64,000 nt of DNA from assembly GCA_964016885.1 (NCBI GenBank), contig OZ024742.1, forward strand, positions 274,722,001 through 274,786,000, in the 5' to 3' direction. Every line of letters begins with the position of its first letter. Position 1 is the first letter of the stretch. Source of the stretch: Eledone cirrhosa. Lineage: Eukaryota. A program made the position numbers and the translations under genes. A model generated the notes under the pieces. That model saw nothing but the letters and a program-made list of their open reading frames with translations. It made no database searches and was not told the origin of the DNA. This document shows positions 15,941-28,987 of this stretch, piece by piece.

Positions 15941-18611
15941 GGTAAAATTAGTAAAGTGATCCTAGATAGAGTACTACTAGAACTTAATAATAAAGCCAAG
16001 TTCTGTCTCTTTGAGCAGCACCGACCAGGTCATTAATTGGTTCACAGAGTTACCTGATAAAACAACTCTCAAGTTCATACAGATTGAGATAGACGGCTAC
16101 TACGCATCGATGTGCCCCATACTCCTAAATAAAGCGCTTATCCTAGCTAAGCCTAATACTAGCCTCACTAAGAAAGAGATAGATATAGTGCTCGCAGTGC
16201 GTAGAACTATTATCAAGTTCGATGGCTCATACTGGACCAGAACCAACCGTCCTGATAACTTCGATATCACGATGGCGTCCAGCGACTCGGCGCAAGTAAC
16301 CGACCTGGTCGGGATATACTTCCTCCATAGAATTAAGGACGAGATACCGGCCCTACAGGGGGGCTATATAGGGACGATGCCCTGTTTACCGTGCGAAGCC
16401 ACAGCACCCGAAGGATAGAGAACCTTAACAAGCATATACACAGGTTCTTCAAGACATATGGCCTATCAGTGACCATGGACCTCAACCACCAAATAGTCAA
16501 TTTCCTAGACGTAACCCTGAAGTTGAGCACGGGCCTATACAAGCCATACCATAAGCCCGGTGAGATCCTGTCTTATATAAACTATGCATCTAACCACCCT
16601 AAGTCTACTCTCAACTCCATAGTATATAGCATATCCCATAGGATCTCGAGGCTCTCCGCCAATGAAGATATCTTCAACCAAGCGGCCGAATATTACAATA
16701 AGGCTTTACTAAATGCCGGTTTTAACCGGAGAATCTCCTACATCCTTAACGCTAGCTCTAGAAACCAACCCCAACATAGGACTAATGTTATAGTGAGGTA
16801 TACCTATAACAGAGCACGCTACAGCCATGACAGCGTCAAGAACTATAGTATAGAGAACCACACTAAGAAACTTGGCCACGCCGTTAATTACAGGAGTGGC
16901 GACCAAGACAACCGACAGTATGATAAGTGTTACCCGATTGGTAACGCCACCCGCTGCAGCCTATTGGAATTATTCCCTAACTATAGGATCAGCAACGGCG
17001 GCAGCCTATTACCAACACCCTCCAACCCGCGTCTAGCCACACATAAAAATTACGGAGGGAAGGCGCCCCTACCTGAACATAAAGTAATGGGGACACATAA
17101 CCGGCTACAGCACAGGAACAACCGTAAGTACTGTCAACTAGGAAGCACAACCTGTAGTAAAGCCACTGTAAAGCGGAAACGTCACCACCGTAATATCCTA
17201 TGGTTCCACCCCCTACTCTCGGAGTGTGGCCTCCGACTTACCGAGGATATTCTTCGAAGCCTTGAAGAGGAATTTTCCACCTAATCATAAATACAGAAAA
17301 ATATTTAACAGGAACACTATCAAAATATCCTTCTCTACCACCCAATCTAGATGACATCATAGGAGAAACTAATCACAGTAAAATTAACAAAACACTACAC
17401 CTTAGCACAGATACATCTAGACATGACAACAACACTAATAACCTTAACATCTCCCTAACAGCACCAAATAGGGTTGGTGGCAGCCCCGGCAGACGAAACT
17501 CACGTAACGAGGGCGTGATTGGAGAATATACCGGTGACCCACACGCGTCACCCACCGGCAACAGAACGGGCTGCGGCGTGCGGAGTGATAATGGTACAAA
17601 ACTTCACGCCTCGAGATATAACAGTACAAATGACCGAGTTAGAGACATAGATAACAACATAGGTAGCAATAGTAATAGATTTACTTCAAGAACTAGGAGC
17701 GACCATGACGGAAAATGCAACTGTAGTGACAGGGGAGGCTGCCTTCTCAGGGGAAACTGCCTGGCTGATAAGGTTATTTATAGGTGCACCGTAACTAGCC
17801 ATGCGGAGTTAAACAATATATAGGGGCCACCTCTGGTCAGTTTAAAACGAGATTTAGAACGCATCTTCACTCTTTCAGGAACAAAAAACTAAGGCACTCC
17901 ACATCGCTTGCCAACTACGTCACCACATTACGAGACGCCAGCATAAGCTTCTCCACACACTGGGATATTGTCGGTAGGGCTGCACCCTACAACTTCAGCG
18001 GGAAATGCTAGCTCTGCCTCATGTTGCTGTACTACATCATAAGAACACCCCACGAGCTCATAAACAGCCGAGCAAAATCAGTCTTAAATTGTAAACACCG
18101 GGTGCAGGCGTCGTATTTTGCCTGGGAAACGACGGCGACATGAAAACTACGAACTGGGTCCCCTTGCCCTAACCATAACACCCCGGTGGGCAGGCGGTAT
18201 GAACAAACATCTGTGAACCAAATGTACATCGCAGACCATGTTCCAACAAGCATTAGTGAAGCAATAATAAATGTACACCCCAGACCCGACCTGTACTGGC
18301 ACTGGTGAAACAATACACATAATATAAAGATGCTAAACACCAGCATATGAACAGGTTTAAAAATCTAAATGGGAATGGATTGTTTGAACACCGGCCAGAG
18401 TTACTCCCCCTGCTCTGCGATAATAACAACACATGCACAGACGAGAAGAATGAACTATGATGTTAATTTAACCGTGAAATCCCTCCTGGGTCCTAAATTG
18501 ATCATTGTTTTGTTTTCCATGCCCTTGATAAGCCCATTCCGGCCGAAACGTACGTAGGCGCACTGCTATATAAACATGTTCTAACGGTTTTAAACTACTT
18601 GTATTCATTTC

Positions 18612-18616
<5 letters not shown>
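15941..18616 (+). mobile_element. 5'-truncated Penelope-like element (RT + GIY-YIG), Naiad-like, frameshifted
   Basis: VINWF..KFIQIEIDGYYAS..FDITMASSDSAQVTDLVGIY; VNFLDVTLKL..YKPYHKP; RNILWF; CNCSDRGGCLLRGNCLADKVIYRC. Begins and ends at (TA)n. Confidence 0.92.
18520..18562 (+). ncRNA. Minimal hammerhead ribozyme, U3-A8 core, in the 3' UTR of the PLE
   Basis: TGCCC-TTGATAA-GCCC(attcc)GGCC-GAAA-CGTACG-TA-GGcGCA, with one stem II mismatch. Confidence 0.75.
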
Positions 18617-18694
<78 letters not shown>

Positions 18695-19082
18695 ATATTA
18701 ATAAATGGAAACTATATTTATAAAACCATATTTATTTTATTATATATATTCCAAGGGAAACCAAGGCAAAATATGGTGCGCTTTCACCAGATACAGATTT
18801 GTTTTATAAATAAATATTGACATACCCGGAAAAAAGACAACCTTAACGGTTGGAGCTTCCTGGATAGTGGAGAGAATATAGTGGATATAATATTATCTCC
18901 ACTATCCAGGAAGCTCCAACCATTAAGGTTGTCTTTTTTTCCGGGTATGTCAATATTTATTTATGAAACAAATCTGTATTTTATCTGATGAAAGCGCACC
19001 ATAATTTGCCTTGGTTGCCCTTGAAATATATATAATAAAATAAATATGGTTTTATAAATATAGTTTCCATTTATTAATATAT
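18695..19082. repeat. ~390-bp palindrome of a hammerhead-bearing PLE tail
   Basis: Arms ~18695-18878 and ~18891-19082, with a ~12-nt spacer. Confidence 0.9.
18979..19040 (+). ncRNA. Type I hammerhead ribozyme
   Basis: TTTTAT-CTGATGA-AAGcGCACCA..TGGtTGCcCTT-GAAA-TATATA-TA-ATAAAA. Confidence 0.85.
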
Positions 19083-19174
19083 TATGTATTTACTCCACTA
19101 AACTGTTTAGTGCTTTATATCAGTTATAACAAATGTTTAAGCTTGTTGAATCCCAACAAATTAAATATAACCTC

Positions 19175-19249
<75 letters not shown>

Positions 19250-19253
<4 letters not shown>

Positions 19254-21388
19254 CTAGAACATTGGAAGGTAATATCCGTAGTGGTAGTGCACTCAGTCCA
19301 TGGGAGGAGCTAGATAGAAGTGGTTACACAATAGTTAGTTCACCATACCGAGAACAATTGTTTCATCTTAACGGATCCCCGAGCTGAGGATCCGCTAAGG
19401 TAAAACAATTACTCCTTTCGAGGCGGACCTTCTTGACCTAGTCGCTAACATTTCCTTTCGCAAACACCCTAGCACCTTTCAAACTAAACTTAGAAATGAT
19501 ATTAAGACATGTTCACAAGGTAGACTTTACTTCTAACCCCACATGTAGACTAATAAACCCGGCACGCACAGATATGGGACTAGTCAGTAAGGCCATACTT
19601 AGAAACATAGTTAAGACCATTAGGACCAAGTCCAACCTGTCCCAGTGGGAGAACAGGGACTCCGTAATTAAGTGGTTCAACTCCTTCAAATCCCAAAAAG
19701 CGAATTTTACACAGTTCGACATTGTTGATTTTTACCCGTCGATCTCAGAGACCCCGTGAAACAAAGCGTTGGACTTCGCTACCACTTACACTACAATCTA
19801 TGGTTTAGACAGGGAAATCCTCGCTCACCGCCGGAAAACCCTTCTCTTTAATGACGGAGTAGCCTGGGCAAAGAAGTCAACAACTTCAGACCTATTCGAC
19901 GTATTCATGGGATCGTTTGACAGTGCTGACGTATGCGACATGGTTGGCTATTTATTTTAGATATATTACGTGTTAGATTCCCGGACTTCCACACGGGAAT
20001 ATACCGACGACGACGGACTGACCTTACCAAGCCATAAAAGTGGTCACAACCTCGACCGGTATAAAAAATACTTAGCTTCTACCTTCAATGAGTTAGGACT
20101 TAGAATAACAGTAGCTACCAACCTCTCTAGCGTAGATTTCTTAGACATTAATTTAGACCTTCGCACACACACCTACATACCCTTCCATAAGCTAAACGAA
20201 AAACTCAACTACATTCACAAGGACTCATGCCACCCTCCCACTGATTTTAGAAACTTCGTAAATAATATCAGTACTAGAATCTCAAACCTCTCCTCTAATA
20301 AAGCTATCTTTGACAGGGCGGAACCCTACTACAACACGGCGTTAGCTAACAGCGGCTTCTCGCAACCTATCACTTACTCTCCCACTATCAATAACAGCAA
20401 TAAGAAAAGAAAGCGTAACAATAGATAAACTATCTGGTTCTCTCCTCACTTCTCATTCAACGTTAAAACCAATCTAGGCAAAAGGTTTCTAGCCCTCTTA
20501 GATAGACACTTTCCCATAGGTCATAAATACCGCTCCATCTTTAACGGACACAAAGTAAAACTAGGATACTCCTGCGCTAAGAACATGAAGGCCCACATCA
20601 CCAACAGCCCTAAGAGCAACACCCCACTAGGGTGCTCTTGCCGTAAGCCCGAAGCTTGTCCCCTTCAACAGCAATGCAACACACCCACTGTAATGTATGA
20701 AGCTGTGGTCACTTCCAACCGACCAAATCACCCACAGGAAGTCAAATCCTATGTGGGTATGGCGGAGGGCCGATTTAAGGAACGCTTCCTGAACCACCAG
20801 TCGACCTTTAGGTACCCGGACAGATGTTCATCCACGAAACTCGCGAGCCACGTATGGTCCATCAAGGACTCAAGTATAGACTACTCCATGCAATGGAAAG
20901 CCATCACTAAGTCCAAGCCATACGCAAGGGGAAATCCGTCGTTTGGACTATATATTGATGAACGAATAAATATTCTGAAGAGATTATGCAATAGTGATTG
21001 CCTAAACACGAGATATGAATTCTTCACACGTTGTCCACACGTCGAAACACCTCTTACATAATTACAAAGCTCCGGATTGAATCACAACAACATCCTAATT
21101 TTCTTATCAATTAGAAACTTTTCGGACTTTCGCAGTTATCTCCCTTACACATCTCGCACGCTTTTTAGTATTGCCTGTGTGAAGTAACGGTCTCTGCGCA
21201 TGCGCGTTCGTACGGTTGTCCTTCCTGTTCCGTATAACCATGTCCATTACGAGCTGAGGATCCGATAAGGTGAAACAATTGTTCTCGGTTGGTTAGTGAA
21301 CTAACTGTTGTGTAAGCACTTCTACCTAACTCGTCCCATGGACTCAGTTTTCTACCAGTACGGATATTATCTTCCAGTGTTCTACCAT
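19250..21388 (+). mobile_element. 5'-truncated Penelope-like element with an inverted tail at its 5' end
   Basis: NPTCRLINPARTDMG..QFDIVDFYPSI; FDVFMGSFDSADVCDMVG; YTDDDGL; CSCRKPEACPLQQQC..YVGMAEGRFKERF. 19250-19378 is an inverted copy of ~21258-21388. Confidence 0.93.
21250..21287 (+). ncRNA. Minimal hammerhead ribozyme
   Basis: CGAG-CTGAGGA-tCC(gataa)GGt-GAAA-CAATTG-TT-CTCG. Confidence 0.8.
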
Positions 21389-21404
21389 TATATATATATA
21401 TATA

Positions 21405-22319
21405 AGAATTGTTGCTCTGAAATAGCTATATATATATGAATGTATATATAGTGTATTTTGCAATACACTGTATGCTTAATAAAAAGCATTTTGAAGATCG
21501 TATGCTATTGTTTTAGAGTAGTGACAGACTCACTTATTTTAATTTCAGCAAACAGGGGGAGATAAAGCTGACAAGGCCTTGTTTCTGCATTTATTGATGC
21601 TTATCAAAGCCAACTACTCCTCCCGTTTGCTGAGAACCTGGATGTTTTGGTTCTTATAGAATTCTAGTAAATAATCAGGAACTGATTTTACAGAGCGGTT
21701 GCCGGTCAAGCAGAAAATAAAAATTAGAATAAAAATTCATATATATATAGCTCTGAAATAGCTATATATATATGAATTATATAAGAACCAAAACATCCAG
21801 GTTCTCAGCAAACGGGAGGAGTAGTTGGCTTTGATAAGCATCAATAAATGCAGAAACAAGGCCTTGTCAGCTTTATCTCCCCCTGTTTGCTGAAATTAAA
21901 GTAAGTGAGTCTGTCACTACTCTAAAACAATAGCATAAGGTCTTCAAAATGTTTTTTATTAAGCATACAGTGTATTGCAAAATACACTATATATACATTC
22001 ATATATATATAGCTATTTCAGAGCAACAATTCTAATTTTTAATTTCTGCTTGACCGGCAACCGCTCTGTATAATCAGTTCCTGATTATTTACTAGAATTC
22101 TATAAGAACCAAAACATCCAGGTTCTCAGCAAACGGGAGGAGTAGTTGGCTTTGATAAGCATCAATAAATGCAGAAACAAGGCCTCGTCAGCTTTATCTC
22201 CCCCTGTTTGCTGAAATTAAAGTAAGTGAGTCTGTCACTACTCTAAAACAATAGCATAAGGTCTTCAAAATGCTTTTTTATTAAGCATACAATGTATTGC
22301 AAAATACACTATATATACA

Positions 22320-22322
<3 letters not shown>
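21405..22322. mobile_element. Non-coding 321-bp hammerhead repeat: one monomer on minus (21405-21730) and ~1.7 tandem units on plus (21781-22322); retrozyme-like
   Basis: ataagaaccaaaac at 21781 and 22102, TTGATAA cores at 21831 and 22152, and a reverse copy of the core at 21601-21607. Confidence 0.8.
21805..21893 (+). ncRNA. Extended type I hammerhead ribozyme, U3-A8 core (copies at 22126-22214 + and 21545-21633 -)
   Basis: TCAGCAAACGGGaGGAG-tagtt-GGCT-TTGATAA-GCAT(caataa)ATGC-a-GAAA-CAAGGCCTTG-TC-AGCT-ttat-CTCCcCCTGTTTGCTGA. Confidence 0.82.
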
Positions 22323-22360
<38 letters not shown>

Positions 22361-22370
<10 letters not shown>

Positions 22371-23230
22371 GAAAATATAGAAATTAATGTGAGCAAGAAG
22401 CCAACAGTATTTCATAATATATAAGTGACTATAACGTAAAATTGGAAAATAATTAACGTAAGATATGGGAAAATAATTCAAACTCAATCTTAAAAATATC
22501 AAGACAGAGATTTTATCCACAGATTTTGTTCGAATCCAGGGAAAAAACCAATAGAGTCTTAACTCAGAATAAAATATAGTTTAAATAGACATCCTTCAAT
22601 TTAGAAAAACTACAAATGCTCTATATAGTCTTAAAAAGACTATTTCACGAAACTTTTCAGTGGGATTAGTCACGGTTGAAATCGTTCCTCAGTAGAGCTC
22701 AACGCGATAACCAAAAGACCACTGCCAAAATATGCCAAAAAGGGAATTTAAAAGCAGGCTAGTTAACATCGTGCGGAATTATGAAAATAAACACACATGG
22801 AGAGACTTAGCTGGTGACGTCAGAATGAGACGAATGTCTATTTACAAGAAACAGCAGTCAAAACATTCCGAAAAAACTCTACAAAATGTAAGGAGTTCAG
22901 CAAAATAGCAATAATATCGCGTTTTCTTTTTTAAAAAGACCGGGATTAGTCACAAATAATTTTAAGCACTCTAGGAAAAATTCCGAGTATAAATATAAAT
23001 GAAAATATAGAAATTAATGTGAGCAAGAAACCTACAGTATTTCATAATATATAAGTGACTATAACGTCAAAATGGAAAATAATTAACGTAAGATATGGGA
23101 AAATAATTCAAACTAAAGACAGAGAATTTATCCACAGATTTTGTGAAATCCAGGGAAAGAACCAATAGAGTCTTAACTCAGAATAAAATAAAGTTTAAAT
23201 ACTCATTCTTCAATTTGGAAAAACTACAAT
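22361..23230 (-). mobile_element. Non-autonomous PLE-type element with ~240-255-bp direct terminal repeats
   Basis: 22361-22615 is repeated at ~22993-23230. No coding signal, (TA)n on both sides, and an internal hammerhead. Confidence 0.75.
22618..22698 (-). ncRNA. Type I hammerhead ribozyme with a full 7-bp stem III
   Basis: GCTCTA-CTGAGGA-ACGA..TCGT-GAAA-TAGTCTT(ttt)AAGACTA-TA-TAGAGC. Confidence 0.9.
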
Positions 23231-23856
23231 ATATATATATATCAGGAAATTTGTTTTATTTGGAGAAAATTAAGAAGTTGAAAGTACAGTTTAGCTGTCT
23301 ACGTGCATTGTACATAGAAATATTGTTGAGCCCTTTCTTTTCATACTCCTCTGTTTTGGCTTATTGGAGTAAATGTGAAAGAGAAAGTCACAGGTTAAGT
23401 TGACAGAAGGTTCCAGTGTCTTAGCAGTAAGGCGTAGGCTACTTACCTCAAAAGTTCATTGGCACTATTTCCACTAAGTTACTCTTTCTCTCTATCACTC
23501 TCGGGACTCCTTCCGAATTTCTCACATAGGCCTGGTGTAGATTTGCATCCTATCCATCTGCCCGATGCACATGTCCGCTTTGTACGGCTTTTGGAGGAAG
23601 GAGTGACCAGCAATAGGTTGTTCGGTATTATTACGAAAAGGTCTAGCAGAGAATCCCGCGTGAATCTCGGAAGGGAAGTGATTACCTCGAAGATTCATTC
23701 GCCATCGTTCTTGTCAACGCTGAGTTTACTTGATATTTGTTGGTCTACAGTTAGCTGAATGGCGCACAAAGGGTCCCTTTTTATTGGCAAGAAGATTTTT
23801 GAATAAAAAAATACGGGTTAAAGCGACCTACAATGTCTCTGTGTATATATATATAT

Positions 23857-24460
23857 GTCAGGTCACCAGTTGGTGCTACTGGTAACATGTATCCCAGTAC
23901 AACCTGTCTCATGGTCGGGTCGTTGGCGACTAAACTGGCAACCCCACCAAGGTTTCTTGGTGAGGAGGGTGACTTTGGACATCCTGCAGGACTAAAAACA
24001 AAACCTGTCAAAGGGCAAAGGAGCTCTTAAGAGTCAATGGCCATCCAAAATCACTGGGAGAGATGACCCCTTAGCCTTTGTCAAGGCAGAATTCTAGGAG
24101 AAGGAAAACTCTGATATAACACCTGCAACCCTGATGGTATCCAATGATGTTGACTGGTTCTTCTTTTTGGTAAATATCATCTTTGTTAAGAGAGTGGGAC
24201 TGGCTTTGTGCAGTGCCTTTGCTCACTATAAAAGCTTCACGGCACAGGCATTGCTTTGTATCTGGAGATCTCTCTGCACTTGTCGTCACATGGTACCATG
24301 GACCTAGCAGTATGTGTCAATAATTGTCACAGGTGTAGTGTTTGTACCAGAGTTTTCAAGTCGCTGGCTGGACTAAAGTTACGTTCGTTCAGCGCATCGG
24401 TAGGAGTTCTCCTACATGGATATGAAGTAGTGGCCGTACTCGAAAACGAGTTGGCAGCCA

Positions 24461-24462
<2 letters not shown>
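23857..24462 (+). mobile_element. Second copy of the bipartite RTE-derived element
   Basis: Co-linear with 14125-14732, with the same ends (gtcaggtcacc..ggcagccacc), inserted in (TA)n. Confidence 0.85.
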
Positions 24463-24533
<71 letters not shown>

Positions 24534-24719
24534 CCTTTTAAGGAATTACACTAGTCCAGCCTACTGTTATTTTATAATAATTAACTCCGTTCTCGCACCA
24601 CCAACTACTCATACGAAGATTGGAGAGTTGCGTTACGTTGAGTACTCTCCCTAATTTTACATCGAGTTTGACCATACGGAATGACCAGTTCTATCCAGTG
24701 GTGAACCAACAAACCTAAA

Positions 24720-26376
<1,657 letters not shown>

Positions 26377-26884
26377 ACAATTTTTTTTTTTGGTGATTAT
26401 TCAACAAAGTTAATTTTACAACAGATAAGAAGCACTCAACAAGTTTTATCCGGAGTATCATTAATATCAATAATATTAATAAATGGAAAATATCTTTATA
26501 AAACCATATTTATTTTATTATACTTATTTCAAGGTTACTAATATTTAAGTACTCTTTCGTTAGATAAACTGTAATAAATGGAATTAAGATAGTGACATAT
26601 CTTCATGTGAACATCCTGTTATAAGTTCAGTGAGGATAGTGAATAGAATTGTTCAACACTTCAGGGAAATATGTTAATGAGGATAGCGTTAAAACTGAAA
26701 AGATCCGTTAAGTTTAGACGGTAGATAAATCTTAAATACTTATTTAAATTTTTTTAAAAAGTTTCCTATTAAATTTGAAAAGAAATTATTGTCGACTTAT
26801 TTTATAATTATTTATAGAAATATACAGCTATATACACCCAAAGATATATACATCGGTTTAAAAAGAATAATATAATTATACTTA

Positions 26885-28172
26885 CTAGCTGGACCCATTA
26901 AAAAATTCATGGATAATTTTTGAAATTTAAATATTGTCCAATGAATATTTATCAGTTAATCAAAGTTGTTTGATTTGCAGTATTTTGTTGAATAAACAAT
27001 TATGTTTTCCTTTATTTTATGTATAATAATTGTTTCTACTTTTGGCACAAGGCCAGCAATTTCCCAGAGCATTACTGGTACTTTATTTTATCGACCCCGT
27101 AAGGATGAAAGGCAAAGTTAACTTCGGCGGGATTTGAACTCAGAATGGCAAGAGCCGTAACTCAATACGTCAAATCATTGCGTCCGACCCACTGCCGATA
27201 CTGCCAATACACCGCCCAAATAATATAAGTTTATTTAAAATTAATTTCATAAAAGTACGCATAAAAAACATCCTTTAAAGCACTTCCTTATATACAATGT
27301 TTCTAGTAAAGGTGATTCCCTTTCTGCGGCCATGGGTGGATTCTTTTTGAAGTATCACTTTAACTCTCACACTGTTCACCGCCCTTGCTCAAAGGCTGCT
27401 CTTCAATTATGGCATTTCATCGCTGTTGAACTCTGTTTTTCATATTCTCTAGATAAAATTCTCTCTCCTCTGGATTCATGTCATTTCTTCGCTCTTGAAC
27501 TCTTTCTATTATTCTGTAGATAAGCCTCTCTCTCCTGTGGATTCACGTTAATTCTTCTATCATGATCTACGTTTCTTCTATTCTGTAGATAAGCTTCTCT
27601 GTCCTCTAAATTCATGTTATTTCTTGTCATGACTTGCGCTCCTTCAATTCTGTAGACTAGCTTCTCTCTCCTCTCTCCTCTGGATTCATGTTATTTCTTC
27701 TATCATGATCTCCGCTTCTATTCTGTAGATAAACTTCTCTCTCCTCTTGGCTCATATCATACATCCTTTCTTGCATTTGTTCTCGATTACGTTCACGGAT
27801 TGCTTGCCTCTCTTCTGCTCGTAACCGTTGTCGTCGTCTTCTTTGTCGCTCTCTCGCTGCCACTCGTTGTTGACTTATTCTATTTTCCATTTTTAAGAAT
27901 GGTTGTTTCAGTAATTATGAAGAACACCTAGCTGGTATAAGAAAGTGGTTAGAGATGATGTTTGTCATAAATAAAAACTTGTAACAAAAAAAAGCTAACT
28001 GAGGGTAAAGCATTACCTATTAAAGGAAATATTCAGCGCAAGGCATTACATCAAATTATTGTATGTATGATACGGATTTTTTTCAACAGCATATAAATTA
28101 CTATGTAATTACTGAAAGCGTGACACACGGTCGGACGTATGGTACGTAAGTATAAGCGTATTAATATATAGA
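26885..28172 (-). mobile_element. Non-autonomous Helitron
   Basis: The minus strand begins A|TCTATATATTAATACG and ends with a ccatg..atggg hairpin then tccagCTAG|T. It contains an R/E/Q-rich repeat ORF at 27657-27890. Confidence 0.8.
27031..27217 (-). mobile_element. tRNA-derived SINE (Nin-domain-like, octopod type)
   Basis: A box TGGCAGTATCGG, B box GAGTTCAAATCC, core GCCTTTCATCCTTACGGGGTCGATA. Confidence 0.9.
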
Positions 28173-28312
28173 TTTATTTATTTAATTTTTTTATATATAT
28201 TTTAAGAATATGGAATTATTTTTAATATTATATTGTATTGTATTAAATTATAAACTATTAATTTATTATAGCAATTACAATATAATATGTGAAATATACA
28301 CTAATTATTCCA

Positions 28313-28369
28313 TTTTATCTGACGAAAGCGTAGTTAAATATTAGTACACTTGAAATACGTATAATAAAA
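28313..28369 (+). ncRNA. Type I hammerhead ribozyme
   Basis: TTTTAT-CTGACGA-AAGcGTA..TACaCTT-GAAA-TACGTA-TA-ATAAAA. Confidence 0.85.
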
Positions 28370-28904
28370 TAAATATGGTTTTATAAAGATATTTTCCATT
28401 TATTAATATTATTGATATATATATATAAGTAAACATATTTATATGTGTGTAGGGGAGTTCATATGGATGTGGGTGAGTGTGTATGTGTACGTCTGCAAAT
28501 ATGTATGTATAGCAATGAATAGTATATATCTATGTATGTATATTACTGCATAACAACATAGCAACTTCTGACGTATGGAGTAAATCAATATATCCCGTGT
28601 CCTGGTTTGAAACAGACTGCACATTTTAATTATATAAAACAATTCCTATAGCTGCAACCAAAATCCTTTTTTCATTCCCATTTACCAGCTGTAAACAGAG
28701 ATCAGACTTAGTTCGTGACATTCATGTTAAAACTAGCAAGACAAACCCTTTTAAGTTAATTTGGTTCCAAACCATCGACGTTAATTCAATCTGGTTAATA
28801 GGTTCTTTAGGCTGAAAATCTTGTTGTCAATCAAAATGGCGTGACCGAGCAAGACAGGTTACGTACTGGATAATTGTACTGCTACTAATACGGTTGCTTC
28901 TACA

Positions 28905-28945
<41 letters not shown>

Positions 28946-28987
28946 CACAATAATGATAATAATAATAATAATAATATTAATAATAAT

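Larger units (their letters stand above)
26465..28420 (+). mobile_element. Non-coding PLE tail with an inverted 5' copy, interrupted by a Helitron
   Basis: 26465-26533 is the reverse complement of ~28349-28418. Confidence 0.7.

Noticed and set aside
21405-22322. CRISPR-like or satellite reading of the repeats here and at 27440-27750
   Set aside because: There is no short constant repeat with unique spacers, the context is eukaryotic, and no cas genes are present.
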